A stretch of DNA of 64,000 nt from assembly GCA_030390025.1 (NCBI GenBank), contig CM059433.1, positions 30,382,001 through 30,446,000 of the forward strand, in the 5' to 3' direction. The DNA is from Squalus acanthias (Eukaryota). The position numbers and the translations under genes are program-made. The notes beneath the pieces are model-generated. The model was not told where the DNA came from. It worked only from the letters and a program-made list of their open reading frames with translations, and searched no databases. Within the stretch, counting starts at the first letter, position 1. Every line of letters begins with the position of its first letter. Shown here in pieces: positions 49,009-60,359 of this stretch.

Positions 49009-50064
49009 GAAAAATTGTGCGTGGCTTTCAAAAGGGAATTGGATAAGTACGTGAAGGAAAGAAATTTGCAGGGCTACGGGGAAAGGGCAGGGGAGTGGGG
49101 CTAGTTGAAGTGCTCTTGCAGAGGCTGGCACGGGCTTGACGGCCTACTTCTGTGCTGTGACCATTCTTTGATTCTATGATTCTATGAAAGAACCGCAAAC
49201 AAGCGTAATTAGTGGAAACTCGCCAAGGTGATTAATTCATCCTGGGGGCGTGGCCAGTTTGGTGGGTGGGGCCTGGTTCTAGCGTGATGATTTTTAAACT
49301 CGCACAAAAGATCACGGGAACTCGATTTGCGCTGAACATAATTTGCATTTAAAATTACGCGATCTTTTGCACTGGTTATGCTGATTTTGTGCGAATTGCG
49401 CCGTAAAAACCCAGCGCAACCGAGCGGAAACTCCAGGCCATAGAGATTAAAATGAAACAGATAAAGCAGGCTTATGAGAAATGTTATGTTGATAATACAA
49501 TAGAGAACCAAAATGAATGTTGAAAGTACAAAGGAGCTCTAAAAAAGCAATAAGAGGAGTAAAGAGACAGTATGATAATAGCTTAGCGGCTAACATATAA
49601 AAGGGAACCCGAAAGTCATAAACACATAAATAGTGAAAGGGTAGTTAAAGGAAGGGTGGGGCCGATTAAGGACCAAAAAGGAGATCTTCGCATGGAGGCA
49701 GAGGGCATGGCTGAGGTACTAAACGAGTACTTTGCATCCGTCTTCACTAGAGATGAGATTCTGCCAATGTAGCAGTATAGGTGGAGGTAGTAGCGAAATT
49801 GGATAGGATAAAAATAGGTAAAGAGGAGGTGCTTAAAAGATTGGCAGTAAACCCGGTAAGTACAGGCCAGTCAGCATATCGTTGCTGGTGGGGAAACTTT
49901 TACAGACAATAATCCGGAACAAAATTAATTGGCACTTAGAAAAATATGGGCTAATTAATGAAAGTCAGCACGGATCTGTTAAAGGCTAATCGTGTTTCAC
50001 TAACTTGATCGAGTTCTTTGATGAAGTAACGGAGAGGGTTGGTGAGGGTAGCGCAGTTAATAAT

Positions 50065-50805
50065 GGCCCAGATATTCCGATCCCTACGGGTGGGTACGCG
50101 CTGTGTTCCCACCCGTGGGGACATCGGAAATGCCGGTTTCTGGCATGCACAGCTCATGTGCTGAAAACCGGCATTTCTGGTCTGTCAAGATCTGACAGAT
50201 CCTCCGGCTGCCCTGGAGAAGGGCCTCTGCGGGCAGATAGTTCCGCTTTTTGGAGACCCTCCACCTGCAGAAAACCCTTACAATTCTTACGCCTGGTAAA
50301 AGCAAGCGTAAGGCCTGCTTTTACCAGGATAAGAGTTGAAAAAAGTAAAAAAAAGTAAAAAATTTGTTTCACTGATTTATCATTTAAAAATACTTCAAAA
50401 AAAGGTAAGTTTATTTTTAGCCCCGTAAAAAACTTTAATTATTTTTTTCAAAAAATAAATTTTTTGTTTAAAATACTTAATTTATTGTAATTTCAAGTCA
50501 TTTAAAAAATGTGATTAAAAAAAAAATGTATTTAAAGTTTTACTATGTTTTTGGGGTGATCTCCATTCATATATTTGACAGGTCTTCCTGTCAAGTGTAT
50601 GAAGGGAGATTCCCTTCTGTGATTGGCTCCCCATGGCCCACGTGATCCCAGGGACGCTGCGAACTACATGCGCCTCTGGGATACGTGGGCCCTGCACACT
50701 TGGAGTTTGGAGAGGCCCAGGAGCGGAAGCGTGTGCGTCCCGGAAGCCCTCAGGTAAGGGCGTAGATTTTTCCAGATCGCAGGCTGCGATCGGAAAATAC
50801 GGGCC
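50065..50805. mobile_element. Harbinger-type MITE inserted in the CR1-A RT region
   Basis: TIRs GGCCCAGATATTCCGATC / GATCGGAAAATACGGGCC, flanked by aat/att. CR1 reads through (GSAV(D) | IVYM). Confidence 0.8.
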
Positions 50806-52156
50806 ATTGTGTATATGGAGTTTCAAAAGGCATTTGACAAAGTACCACATAATAGACTTGAAAGCAAAATTGAAGCCCAAAGGATTAAAGGGACAGTGGC
50901 AGCATGGATATGAAATTGGCTGGGGGACAGAAAGCAGAGAGTGGGGAATAGCTGTTTTTCAGACTGGATGGAAGTATACAATGGTGTTCCTGGTACTGCA
51001 CCACTGCTCTTTTTGATATACATTAATGACCTGGATTTGGGTACACAGGGCATAATTTCCAAGTTTGCAGATGACACGACTCGGAAATGTAATAAACAAC
51101 GAGGAGGATAGAAACAGACTTCAGGAGGACATAGACAGACTGGTGAAATGGGCAGACACATGGCAGATGAAATTTAACACAGAGAAGTGTGAAGTGATAC
51201 ATTGGTAGGAAGAATGAGGAGAGGCAATAAGAACTAAATGGTACAATTTTAAAGGGGGTGCAGGAACAGAGACACCTGGGGGTGTGTGTACACAGATCTT
51301 TGAAGGTAGCAGGACAAGATGAGAAGGCAATTAAAAAAGCATATGAAATCCTTGGCTTTATTAACAGTCATGATGCGGAGATGCCGGTGTTGGACTGGGG
51401 TGGACAAAATTGAGAGGTCGTTGTGCGACCTCTCAATTTTATTAACAGTGGCATAGAGTACAAAAGCAAGGAAGTTATGCTAAACCTTTATAAACCACTG
51501 GTCCGACCTCAACGGTGGTATTGTGTTCAATTCTGGGAACCACACTTTAGGAAGGATGTCAAGGTCTTGGAGAGGGTGCAGAAGAGATTTATTAGAATGG
51601 TACCGGGGATAAGGGACTTCAGATATGTGGAGAGACTGGAGCAGCTGGGATTGTTCTCTTTAGAGCAGAGAATGGTAAGAGAAGATTTGATAGAAGTGTT
51701 CAAAATCATGAACGATTTTGATAGACTAAGTAAGGAGAAACTGTTTCCAGTAGCAGAAGAGTCAGTAACCAGGGGACACAGATTTAAGGTAATTGGCAAA
51801 AGCGACATGAGGATTTTTTTTTTAATGCAGCGAGTTTTGTGATCTGGAATGCACTGCCTGAAAGGATGGTGGAAGCAGATTCAATAGTAACTTTCAAAAG
51901 GGAATAGGATAAATAACTGAAGGTAAAAAATTTATATGGCTATGGGGAAAGAGCTGGGGAGTGGGACTAGTTCTTTCAAATAGCTGGCACAGGCATGATG
52001 GGCTGAATGGCCTCCTTGTGTGCCGTATCATTTTATGATTCTATGATTCTAACACAGAAATATTATAGCTTGAAACAGAATGGATCCCTGTTTCCACCAT
52101 GCTGCTCATATCGTTAATATATGAGGATGCTTACACTGAAGGATTAATCATTGTCA

Positions 52157-52397
52157 TGTGGCGGATCGCCACCTAAACGGGCATAACCCACTTTTCCGTC
52201 TGTGGACAATATATCGGTGAACCTTCCCTTTAAGGCACCTTACCTTTAAGACAGGAGTGGGCGGGGCTTCAGGGCTTTTTCCAGAGAATTCTGGGAGCAG
52301 CTTTCTCAGCCATTTTGTGTGCCATGCAGTGAATTAAAGTTTCTTGTTTTCCACATATGGATTCAGCCTCCATTCGTGTTTCGCGGCAGCCTCAACA
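52157..52397 (+). repeat. 5' LTR (241 bp)
   Basis: TGTGGCGG..GCCTCAACA, immediately followed by the PBS; contains ATTAAA. Confidence 0.85.
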
Positions 52398-52398
52398 T

Positions 52399-52412
52399 TG
52401 GTGACCCCGACG
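52399..52412 (+). promoter_or_regulatory. Primer-binding site complementary to tRNA-Trp
   Basis: TGGTGACCCCGACG is complementary to the 3' end of vertebrate tRNA-Trp (..CGTCGGGGTCACCA). Confidence 0.8.
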
Positions 52413-52437
52413 CTCAGAACTTATTCCGAGCACTGCA

Positions 52438-55400
52438 ATGGCGGACACGAACGCAGTTTCTGTGAAACTGCCGGAGTTTTGGGAAAACCAGCCCGAAGCC
52501 TGGTTTCTCCAAGCTGAATCTCGCTTCTGGCTGCGAAATATCACCACAGATGGGACGAAGTACGACTATCTCGTCACATCACTCAGTAGCGCCGCAGTTT
52601 CGAAGGTTTAGACAACGCTGCAGAACCCACCAGAGGAAGGCAAGTACGCACATCTCAGGACAGCGCTCCTTAAAAAATTTACGGCCTCGGCATATCAGTG
52701 AAACTGCCACCTCCTCGACCTTCCAGGCCTCGGTGATGCCTCACCGTCAGATCTCCTCTCCCACATGCTCTCCCTCACCGACGAGAGCCCACCTGGATCC
52801 CTCTTCCGCACGCTGTTCATCCGCCAGCTCCCTCTCAGCATCCGCCCAGCGATCGTGGCGTCCGGCCTCACGAACCTGGAAGCCCTGGCCGATGAGACTG
52901 ACAAGCTGCTGTCCGCTCACTCCAGCCGCGACGTCACTCCGGACCTGGCAGCCAATGCCTGGGCGCGCCCCTCACCGGCCACCACGCGGCTACAACGGCC
53001 TGCCACCAGGCCCACGGGGCCTTCACGCCCCACTAACCCGGGCCACTGTTACTACCACGCACGGTTCGGCGCCAGGGAACAACGGTGCACACCTCCCTGC
53101 TCTTTCAAGTCTGCCCCCGTACCAGCCCGCGCGATGGCTGTGGGCCACGCGGGCTCCCTGCTGTTTGTTACGGATGACAAAACCGGCCGCCGGTTCCTGT
53201 GCGACACTGGGGCTCAGCACAGCATCATCCTGGCCTCCTCTCTTGAAATCCAAAAGGGCGAACGAGGACCGGCGCTGGCTGCTGCTAACGGCTTGGAAAT
53301 CCGGACGTATGGCACCCGGACAGACACCCTCGACCTCGCTGGTCGCCGCTACCGATGGGAGTTCATCACTGCCAAGGTGCTCTCCCCTCTCATCGGCGCA
53401 GATTTCCTGTGCGCCCACGGCCTACTGGTAGACATCCCCCGTCACCGCCTCATGGACATGAACACCATGTCCCCCATCCTGGGCACCATGGCCCCCCGTC
53501 AACCCGCCGACATGGCGTCACAGTGCCACGCCTGGGCCACGGATGACTACTCGGCACTCCTGGCCGAATTCCCAGCCCTTACCAATCTGACCTTCTCCGC
53601 AGAGGCCGCCAAACACGGGGTGGAACACTTCATCCCCACCACAGGCCCCCCAGTGTACGCCCACGCCCGCAGGCTGGACCCGGCCAAACTGGAGATCGCA
53701 CGGACCGAGTTTGCCACCATGGAACAGCTCGGCATCATCCGCCGCTCCAACAGTCCCTGGGCCTCCCCACTCCACATCGCCCCCAAACCAGGCGGAGGTT
53801 GGCGCCCCTGCGGGGATTACCGCCGCCTCAATGACGCCACCACCCTGATCAGGTACCCCTGTGCCACACATTCAGGACTTCTCGGCTAGACTGGCCGGCC
53901 GCTCAGTCTTTTCCAAGGTCGACCTGGTGCGCGGCTACCACCAAGTCCCCTGTCCACTCCGCGGACGTCCCCAAGACGGCCGTAATCACCCCCTTCGGCC
54001 TTTTCGAGTTCCTGCGGATGCCCTTCGGCCTCAAAAACGTGGCCCAGGCATTCCAACGGCTCATGGACTCGGTCCTTCGGGACCTGAAGTTCCTGTTCGT
54101 CTACCTGGACGACATCCTGGTAGCCAGTTCCTCCAAGCAGGAACACTTCGAACACCTCCGCATCCTGTTCGGGCGCCTCAGTGACCACGGGCTCATCCTC
54201 AGCCCAGCCAAATGCCAGTTCGGCCTGGACAAGATCGACTTCCTCGGCCACCGCATCACCCATGCTGGGGCCATTCCCCTGCCCACCAAGGTGCAGGCCA
54301 TCCAACAATTTCCCCGCCCCACCACCATCAAAGGCCTCCAGGAGTTCCTCGGGATGGTAAACTTCTATAACCGCTTCATCCCCAAAGCGGCGTCCCTCAT
54401 GAGGCCCCTGTATGAAACCCTCCGGGGCAGGAGCGGCAAGATGGCAGTCGAATGGACGGCAGACGCGTCAGCCGCCTTCGACTCCACCAAGACCGCGCTC
54501 GCCAACGCCACCCTGCTCGCACACCCACGGCCCAATGCCAGGGTAGCGCTCACCACGGACACCTCCGACCACGCAGTCGGCGCCGTGTATGAGCAGTGGG
54601 TCGACGGCGCCTGGCAACCACTTGCCTTCTTCAGCCGCCAACTACACCCCCCGGAGGTCAAGTACAGCACCTTCGACCGCGAGCTCCTCGCGCTGTTCCT
54701 GGCGGTCCGCCATTTCCGGTTTTTGCTTGAGGGCCACCCCTTCACGGCGTTTGTCGACCACAAGCCCCTGACATTCGCAATGGTAAAGACAACCGACCCC
54801 TGGTCCGCCAGGCAGCAGCGCCAGCTCGCGGCAGTGTCCGAGTTCACCACGGACATCCAACACGTCTCCAGCCGAGACAATGTGGTAGCCGACTGCCTCT
54901 CCCGCCCCGCCATCCACGCCGCACACCTAGCAGTCGACTATGCTCAACTCGCAGCAGACCAGATCACCGACCCTGATCTGCTCTCCGCACCCACCAACCT
55001 ACCAGGGCTACGCCTGGCCGACGTCGCCTGTGGCCCAACCGCAGTCACGGTCAAGTGCGACATATCCCTATGTCAACCTCGGCCCGTCGTCCCAGCGTCC
55101 TGGCGCCGCCGGGTATTCGACATTCTCCACAACCTCTCCCACCCCGGCGCCCGCGCATCCATCAAATTGGTAGCCAACCGCTTCGTCTGGCGCGGCCTTC
55201 GCAAGGATGTGCGTACTTGGGCCAACTCCTGCCTAGCCTGCCAACGGGCCAAGGTACAGCAACACACGAAAGCACCCCTCGAGGAGTTTACCGTCCCCTC
55301 GCGGAGATTCAACCACATCCACGTGGACATCGTCGGGCCCCTGCCGCCGTCGCAAGGCCACACGCACTTGCTGACCATCGTTGACCGCACCACACGCTGG

Positions 55401-55808
55401 ACCGAGGCAATTCCACTGACCTCGACCACCACCGCCGACATCGCCAGAGCCTTCGTCAGCACCTGGGTCGCACGGTTCGGAGTCCCCTCCGACATGACGT
55501 CGGACAGAGGTCCGCAATTTACCTCTGAACTCTGGACCGCCGTTGCACGCAATCTCGGGGTGACCATTCACCGCACCACAGCGTACCACCCCCAAGCCAA
55601 CGGACTGTGTGAGCGGTTCCACAGATCCTTGAAGGCATCTCTTCGAGCCAGCCTCCAAGACGGCGCCTGGACCGACCGACTTCCGTGGGTCCTCCTCGGC
55701 CTGCGCACCGCGGTTAAAGAAGACCTCCACGCATCGGCAGCAGAGCTCGTGTACGGTCAGCCGCTGCGCGTACCCGGCGAGTTCCTGCCCACCGCCACGA
55801 CACCCTGA
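52438..55808 (+). pseudogene. gag-pol of the Gypsy element, disrupted
   Basis: ATG 52438 (MADTNAVSVKLPEFW). In-frame stops at TAG 52609 and TGA 52699. Frameshifts near 53860 and 53950. ORF 54018-55808 holds RT, RNase H and integrase (H-H-C-C, HVDIVGP, SDRGPQF, NGLCERFHR). Confidence 0.88.
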
Positions 55809-56477
55809 TCAGCCGACCAGCAACGCCACGACTTCGCCGCCTCAACAGTCATGTCATTACTATAACTTTGCCCTATTGTAACCACTATTCGATGAGTGGG
55901 AAGTTCTGTGGTCAACACGGAATAATGGATGCATGGGATTGATTAACTCCAGTAAACAGGACAGTATCATGGAATTATTGGAAGCCCTCAATGCATCATT
56001 CCCAGTAATCCAGTATTTTTTGCAAATTATAATGTGGACTTCATGGGAGTGTTCTGGTCCAATTTTGGCTTGTTTATTTTTGTAGATGAATTACCTGTAC
56101 AGTTGATGAGTGATAATACTCACACAGAAAGATTAATGATCAAAGTGTAATCAAAGGAAGTTTTTTTGAGTGAGAATTCCCAACTGATTAGTGGGAAATA
56201 GCCCATTCTACATATTATATATATATTATACTCGAGGTCTCCCACGGCATATCTCAAGTTGAGTCAGAGGATGTGTGGTTTTAGGAGGCTAGGCGATTCC
56301 ATGTGACATTGAAGGAACAGACTGGACCACAATTATATTATTCTGCTGCCAAGGCCCAATTGTGTTAAACCTAATCTGTTCCTTTAACATCACAAGGTCT
56401 AATTCCTGCAAATTGATACATTTTGAGAGCAATTAAGAAGCAACATTATCTTGTGCACATCCTAAGGTTAATTAGAG

Positions 56478-57173
56478 CAGTGGTTCTCAAACTTTTTAGG
56501 TCGAAGGACCCCTTTTCAAATGGACTAGTAATCACGGACCCCCCATCTAAATTATAATACTAGATTATACTCATAATATGAAAGTGATGCATGTAAAGAA
56601 TGTTTGAATAATGCTTTTAAGAAAACAGGTATTTACTCGCAGATATCAGTGAGATGGGTGTGCCTGCTTCTCTCATGAACTCTGGGTACTCCGCAGCAAC
56701 AGGTGGCCACTATTAGCCACTTCGTGCTGGACAATTTTTAAAGCCGTCAGCAGGCTGGCCAGGGTGAGTGAGGGCACGAGCACCCATTCACACGCTGGGA
56801 TACTGCTGGAAACATGACTCACCGCCATACTGTCTCAGTGGCATGTTCTGTAACAGCTGCAGTTTGGGATTGTGCGTGTCTGCGTGAACATGTTCAGGCA
56901 CGTGTTTAAAGGGCCCCGCAGGCGCTCTGATCACGTGTCGGGAGGATGGCACAGGGTCGCAGCGCCAGGGAGAGGAATCGGCTCGACCGGCAGGGAGCGC
57001 TTGTTGCAAAGTGAGTGAGAGATGTGGGCCGTTGTGAGGAGGCGGGCCCAGCCATTGAGAATAATTCGCAAGAACTGAATCAGTGCCAGTTTTATAAAGA
57101 GGAGCAGGCTTGAAATGACCTCCGGTCGCGGGCCCCCTGGAAAGTCTCTACGGACCCCAGTTTGAGACCATTG
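56478..57173 (-). mobile_element. hAT (Charlie/Buster-type) internal-deletion derivative
   Basis: TIRs CAGTGGTTCTCAAAC / GTTTGAGACCATTG with perfect 8-bp TSD aattagag (56470-56477, 57174-57181). Minus strand at 56646-56672 encodes EKQAHPSH*, the typical transposase C-terminus. Confidence 0.9.
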
Positions 57174-57457
57174 AATTAGAGGGCTATTGTTTCCCTCTAA
57201 ATGACTCATTCTCTTTCTCTTGCTTAAACATTTTTATAGATTGTTTTGCATTTGTTGACAAGTTTGAAGCTTTGAAGTGTAACATCTCATGATTTAACAT
57301 TCTATCTGTAAGAAAAAGTTTTGAGAACATCAGTCACACTTCAGACGCTCCACTTTGTATAAAACACCAAGAAATCACAACTGAATAATCTACTATTTCC
57401 TGTTTTTTTTTCCTGATGTTGAAATAACCTGGAGAGGTTCTTGAGATAATAATGAGA

Positions 57458-57875
57458 GCTTCACCCCTGTGTTCGCTGACCTACACTGGCTTCCAGTCTA
57501 CCAACACCTCGATTTTAAAATCCTCATTCTTGTGTTCAAATCCCTCCATGGCCTCGCCCCTCTCTAGCTCTGCAACCTCCTCCAGCCCTACAACTCTCCG
57601 AGAACTCTGCGTTCCTCCAGTTCTGGTCTCTTGTGCATCTCTTACTTCCTTCGCCCCACCATTGGTGGCGTGCCTTCAACTGTCTAAGTCCTAAGCTCTG
57701 GAATTCCCTCCCTAAACCTCTCTGCCTCTCTCTCCTCTTTTAAGACGCTCCTTAAAACTACCTCTTTGACCAAGCTTCTTGGTCACCTGTCCTAATGTCT
57801 CCTTCTTTGGCTTCCATAATTGCTTTTGGACATCCTGAGGACATGCAAGGTGCTATGTAAAATGCAAGTTCTTTC
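57458..57875 (+). mobile_element. L2 3' fragment
   Basis: CACCCCTGTGTTCGCTGACCTACACTGGC..CAAATCCCTCCATGGCCTCGCCCC. Confidence 0.8.
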
Positions 57876-59583
57876 TTTCAATCTATCCAGGATGACCCTA
57901 AAGTTCCCCCATGGCAGCATCCAACTGGTTGTTAAATGATTCCTCCATTACTCTACGCAGGAGCACATGCCATGTGTTGATCACTCTTGATATGAAGAAC
58001 TTCCTGATATCAGTCCTAAATTTGCCACCGTGGGAGCACCTTCACCACACGGACTGCAACGGTTCAAGAAGGTGGCTCACCACCACCTTCTCAAGGGCAA
58101 CGAGGGATGGGCAAGGCAACGTCGGCCTAGCGTGTGACACCCACATCCCGAGAATGAACAGAAAAACCGCCCTATTTTTGCTGCAGCTAAATTGACACCA
58201 GCCTTTCTGAATAGCATGAAGCTCAGTCAGGCTGACGGCAAAATGCTTCAGAGTTTTTTTTGAGTGGTGGTAAATGAAGGGAGCCTGTCAGAAAGATGAT
58301 GAGATGGATGTCTGGTTAAATCTATTGCTGCAAGTTCGATTAAGTGGACTGCTTATATATTGGTCTGAAGCTATTTGTATGATGTTATCCTCAATCAACT
58401 TTGAACCCAGCAGAATTGGTGAATTGTAACAGATCTGATTGAAATAGAGATTATTTTAAAACTGCTTAAATTTTTAATATTCTAGCTATATTTAAGGGGA
58501 ATCTAGATAATCACATGGGGGAGAAAGGAATAGACGGATATGTTGATGGGATTAGATCAAGAGGGGTGGGAGGAGGCTCGAGTGGAGCATAAATGCTGGC
58601 ATAGACCTGTTGGGCCGAATGGCCTGTTCTTGTGTTGTAAGTTCTACATAATTCTATGTATTCCTTATGGACTTGCATGTGTCTTAAATCTCACAGTTCT
58701 TCCATTCAATTAATGTCGGTGAGAAATTACTTTAAAACTAGTTGATCACCTAAAAATGTTTACAGAATTTTTAAATATGAATTGGAATATTAAAAAATAA
58801 CCTGCTATTTTATCCAATGACTTGTTTGCTCTCCGTCTTAGTTCATTTGTGGGTTGTTGGGGGTTTTGCTGGAGTTATTGAGCGATGGGATGGCTACGAT
58901 CGTGCATAAGAGTGTAATTTCTTCTGAATCTTTGCCCTGTTTAGCATGTTACGAATTTTTATTTTTCCACACATATATCGTGCAGTTGGGGGCAACTCTC
59001 GTGGAGGCTGTATCGTGTAGAATCTTTTTCCTGGATTGTGATTGCATAGAATTGTTTTTTTTTTCCTGGGTAGAATGTGACTGGTGAGAAACTTGAAATT
59101 GAGAAAAGATTTTGCATAATAGCGAGTTACAAAAGTAGAAGGTAACCTATTTGAAAAAAGAAAAAAAAAACAAAATGCTTAACTAACGAGGAAGAAGAAA
59201 GCTCACAATGACCCCAGCAGTTTGATGTTGACAAACAATTTGACAGATACAATGCACACAAGAAACTTTGTTCTAAATGTATTAGTGGCGGTGATATATG
59301 ATGCTGCTGTGTCTGTTGCCCATAAATGTTTGTTGTACGTGATGTATCATTTTTTTAAGCAGATGATTAATTGAGCTCCCACCTTATTCTCATCTTGAGA
59401 GCTGTGTGTAAATTTCTCGGTTCAGCTTCAATAAAACCATCTGCTTCGGTTGCCATTGACACGTCTTCCACTATGCACTTGCATTCCCAAGTGGTGAGGA
59501 TATGTTCAGTTCTGACACTTAGCCTTAGCATCTGGCTTCAGTATATGTGTTGGTTAGCTACTGATCCTGAATTAGGCACCTAG

Positions 59584-60334
59584 GGGGAGAAATTGAGTTT
59601 GGGGCGATAACTTTAGCGGTAACGAAAAAGTAGTGCTGGGCGCTACACCAGTGAATCCGATGCGAACTTCGGCTTTAGCGCTCCAGGAAGGAAGTGGAGT
59701 GCTAAATCAAGCGCTACCACTTCCCTTGGAGCGCTAAAGTTCGGCAAGAGGGATGGTAACGGTGCAGCGCTGCCCAATGTCGAGGGTAGCGCTGTCGGGA
59801 ACGGAGGCTCCTTCCCTCCCTTAAAGGAAAGGGCCATCGCTGCAGGCTCTGCATTAAATCGATGTCCCTCGTCGCCGACGGCAGCCGCGATCCGCGACGA
59901 TCAGCTCCAAGCACTCTCACAGAGTGCAGGGCTGATCAATCGCGGCACAGCAAAAAGTTGAAAAAATAACCTAAGGGGTGAAAACAAATTTTTCATTGAC
60001 ACAAGCGGCCTTACCTGTAAATACTGCTCCCCAAGCGGCCGGTCTCCCTAACAACACCTCCTGCAGCTGTCGGTGTTATCGCCCAGTGATGCTGCAGGGG
60101 GCGGAACCGAAGTTCGGATCCGAGGCGCTACCAGGACGCTGCGCAGCCGGATGATGTCGCGATCTCCGGGCGCAGGAGATTGTGGTGCTAGTAGTTACCG
60201 CCGCCGCAAACCTCCACGTCAATTTCGTGGGTGTCGGTACTATCGCCACGCCCGGTTGCAAAGCCGACAGCGCCCTGTTATCGCCCCTCCGGAGGCGCTA
60301 ACGGGAGGCGCACAGGAGGCGAATTTCTAGCCCC
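59584..60334. mobile_element. Harbinger-type MITE, CpG-rich
   Basis: TIRs GGGGAGAAATT / AATTTCTAGCCCC with perfect TSD tag/tag (59581-59583, 60335-60337). Repeated AGCGCT/GCGCTA motifs. Confidence 0.8.
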
Positions 60335-60359
60335 TAGTTCTTTGGCACAGGATCTTGTC

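Larger units (their letters stand above)
46645..49187 (+). mobile_element. CR1-B, 5'-truncated, with further inserts at 48134-49008
   Basis: ORF 46845-47705 (KSPGPGGMHPR, NYRPVSLT, SQHGF, MDFQKAFDKVPH). Tail GATTCTATGATTCTATGA ends near 49187. Confidence 0.88.
46169..49439. mobile_element. Harbinger-type MITE inserted in CR1-A and itself split by CR1-B
   Basis: TIRs GGGGTAAAGTTTCCGC / GCGGAAACTCCAGGCC. CR1-A reads through the junction (..CTGGATGACGAACGATA | ATAGAGATTAAAATGAAACAG). Confidence 0.7.
45730..52050 (+). mobile_element. Host CR1 LINE (CR1-A; pieces 45730-46168, 49440-50064, 50806-52050) carrying nested insertions
   Basis: EEFLKCVQENFL..PTRKEAVLDLVLGNE, PWMT, LIEFFDEVT, FADDT, LYKPLVRP..RDLIEVFKIM. 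Tail TTTATGATTCTATGATTCTA. Confidence 0.85.
52157..55847 (+). mobile_element. Gypsy LTR retrotransposon, CsRn1/Kabuki/Boudicca-type, defective
   Basis: TG..CA ends and 4-bp TSD gtca (52153-52156, 55848-55851). gag KLPEFW..PEAWF and CHCC motif CYYHARFGAREQRCTPPC, protease FLCDTGA, RT YLDD, RNase H, integrase in PR-RT-RH-IN order. Confidence 0.92.

Noticed and set aside
52550..55730. Many overlapping alternative-frame and antisense ORFs in the Gypsy element
   Set aside because: Expected from high GC content and scarce stop codons; no recognisable domains.
56040..56170. Candidate upstream EYS exon ending at a minus-strand donor near 56095
   Set aside because: In-frame stop shortly upstream and no similarity to the expected laminin-G sequence.
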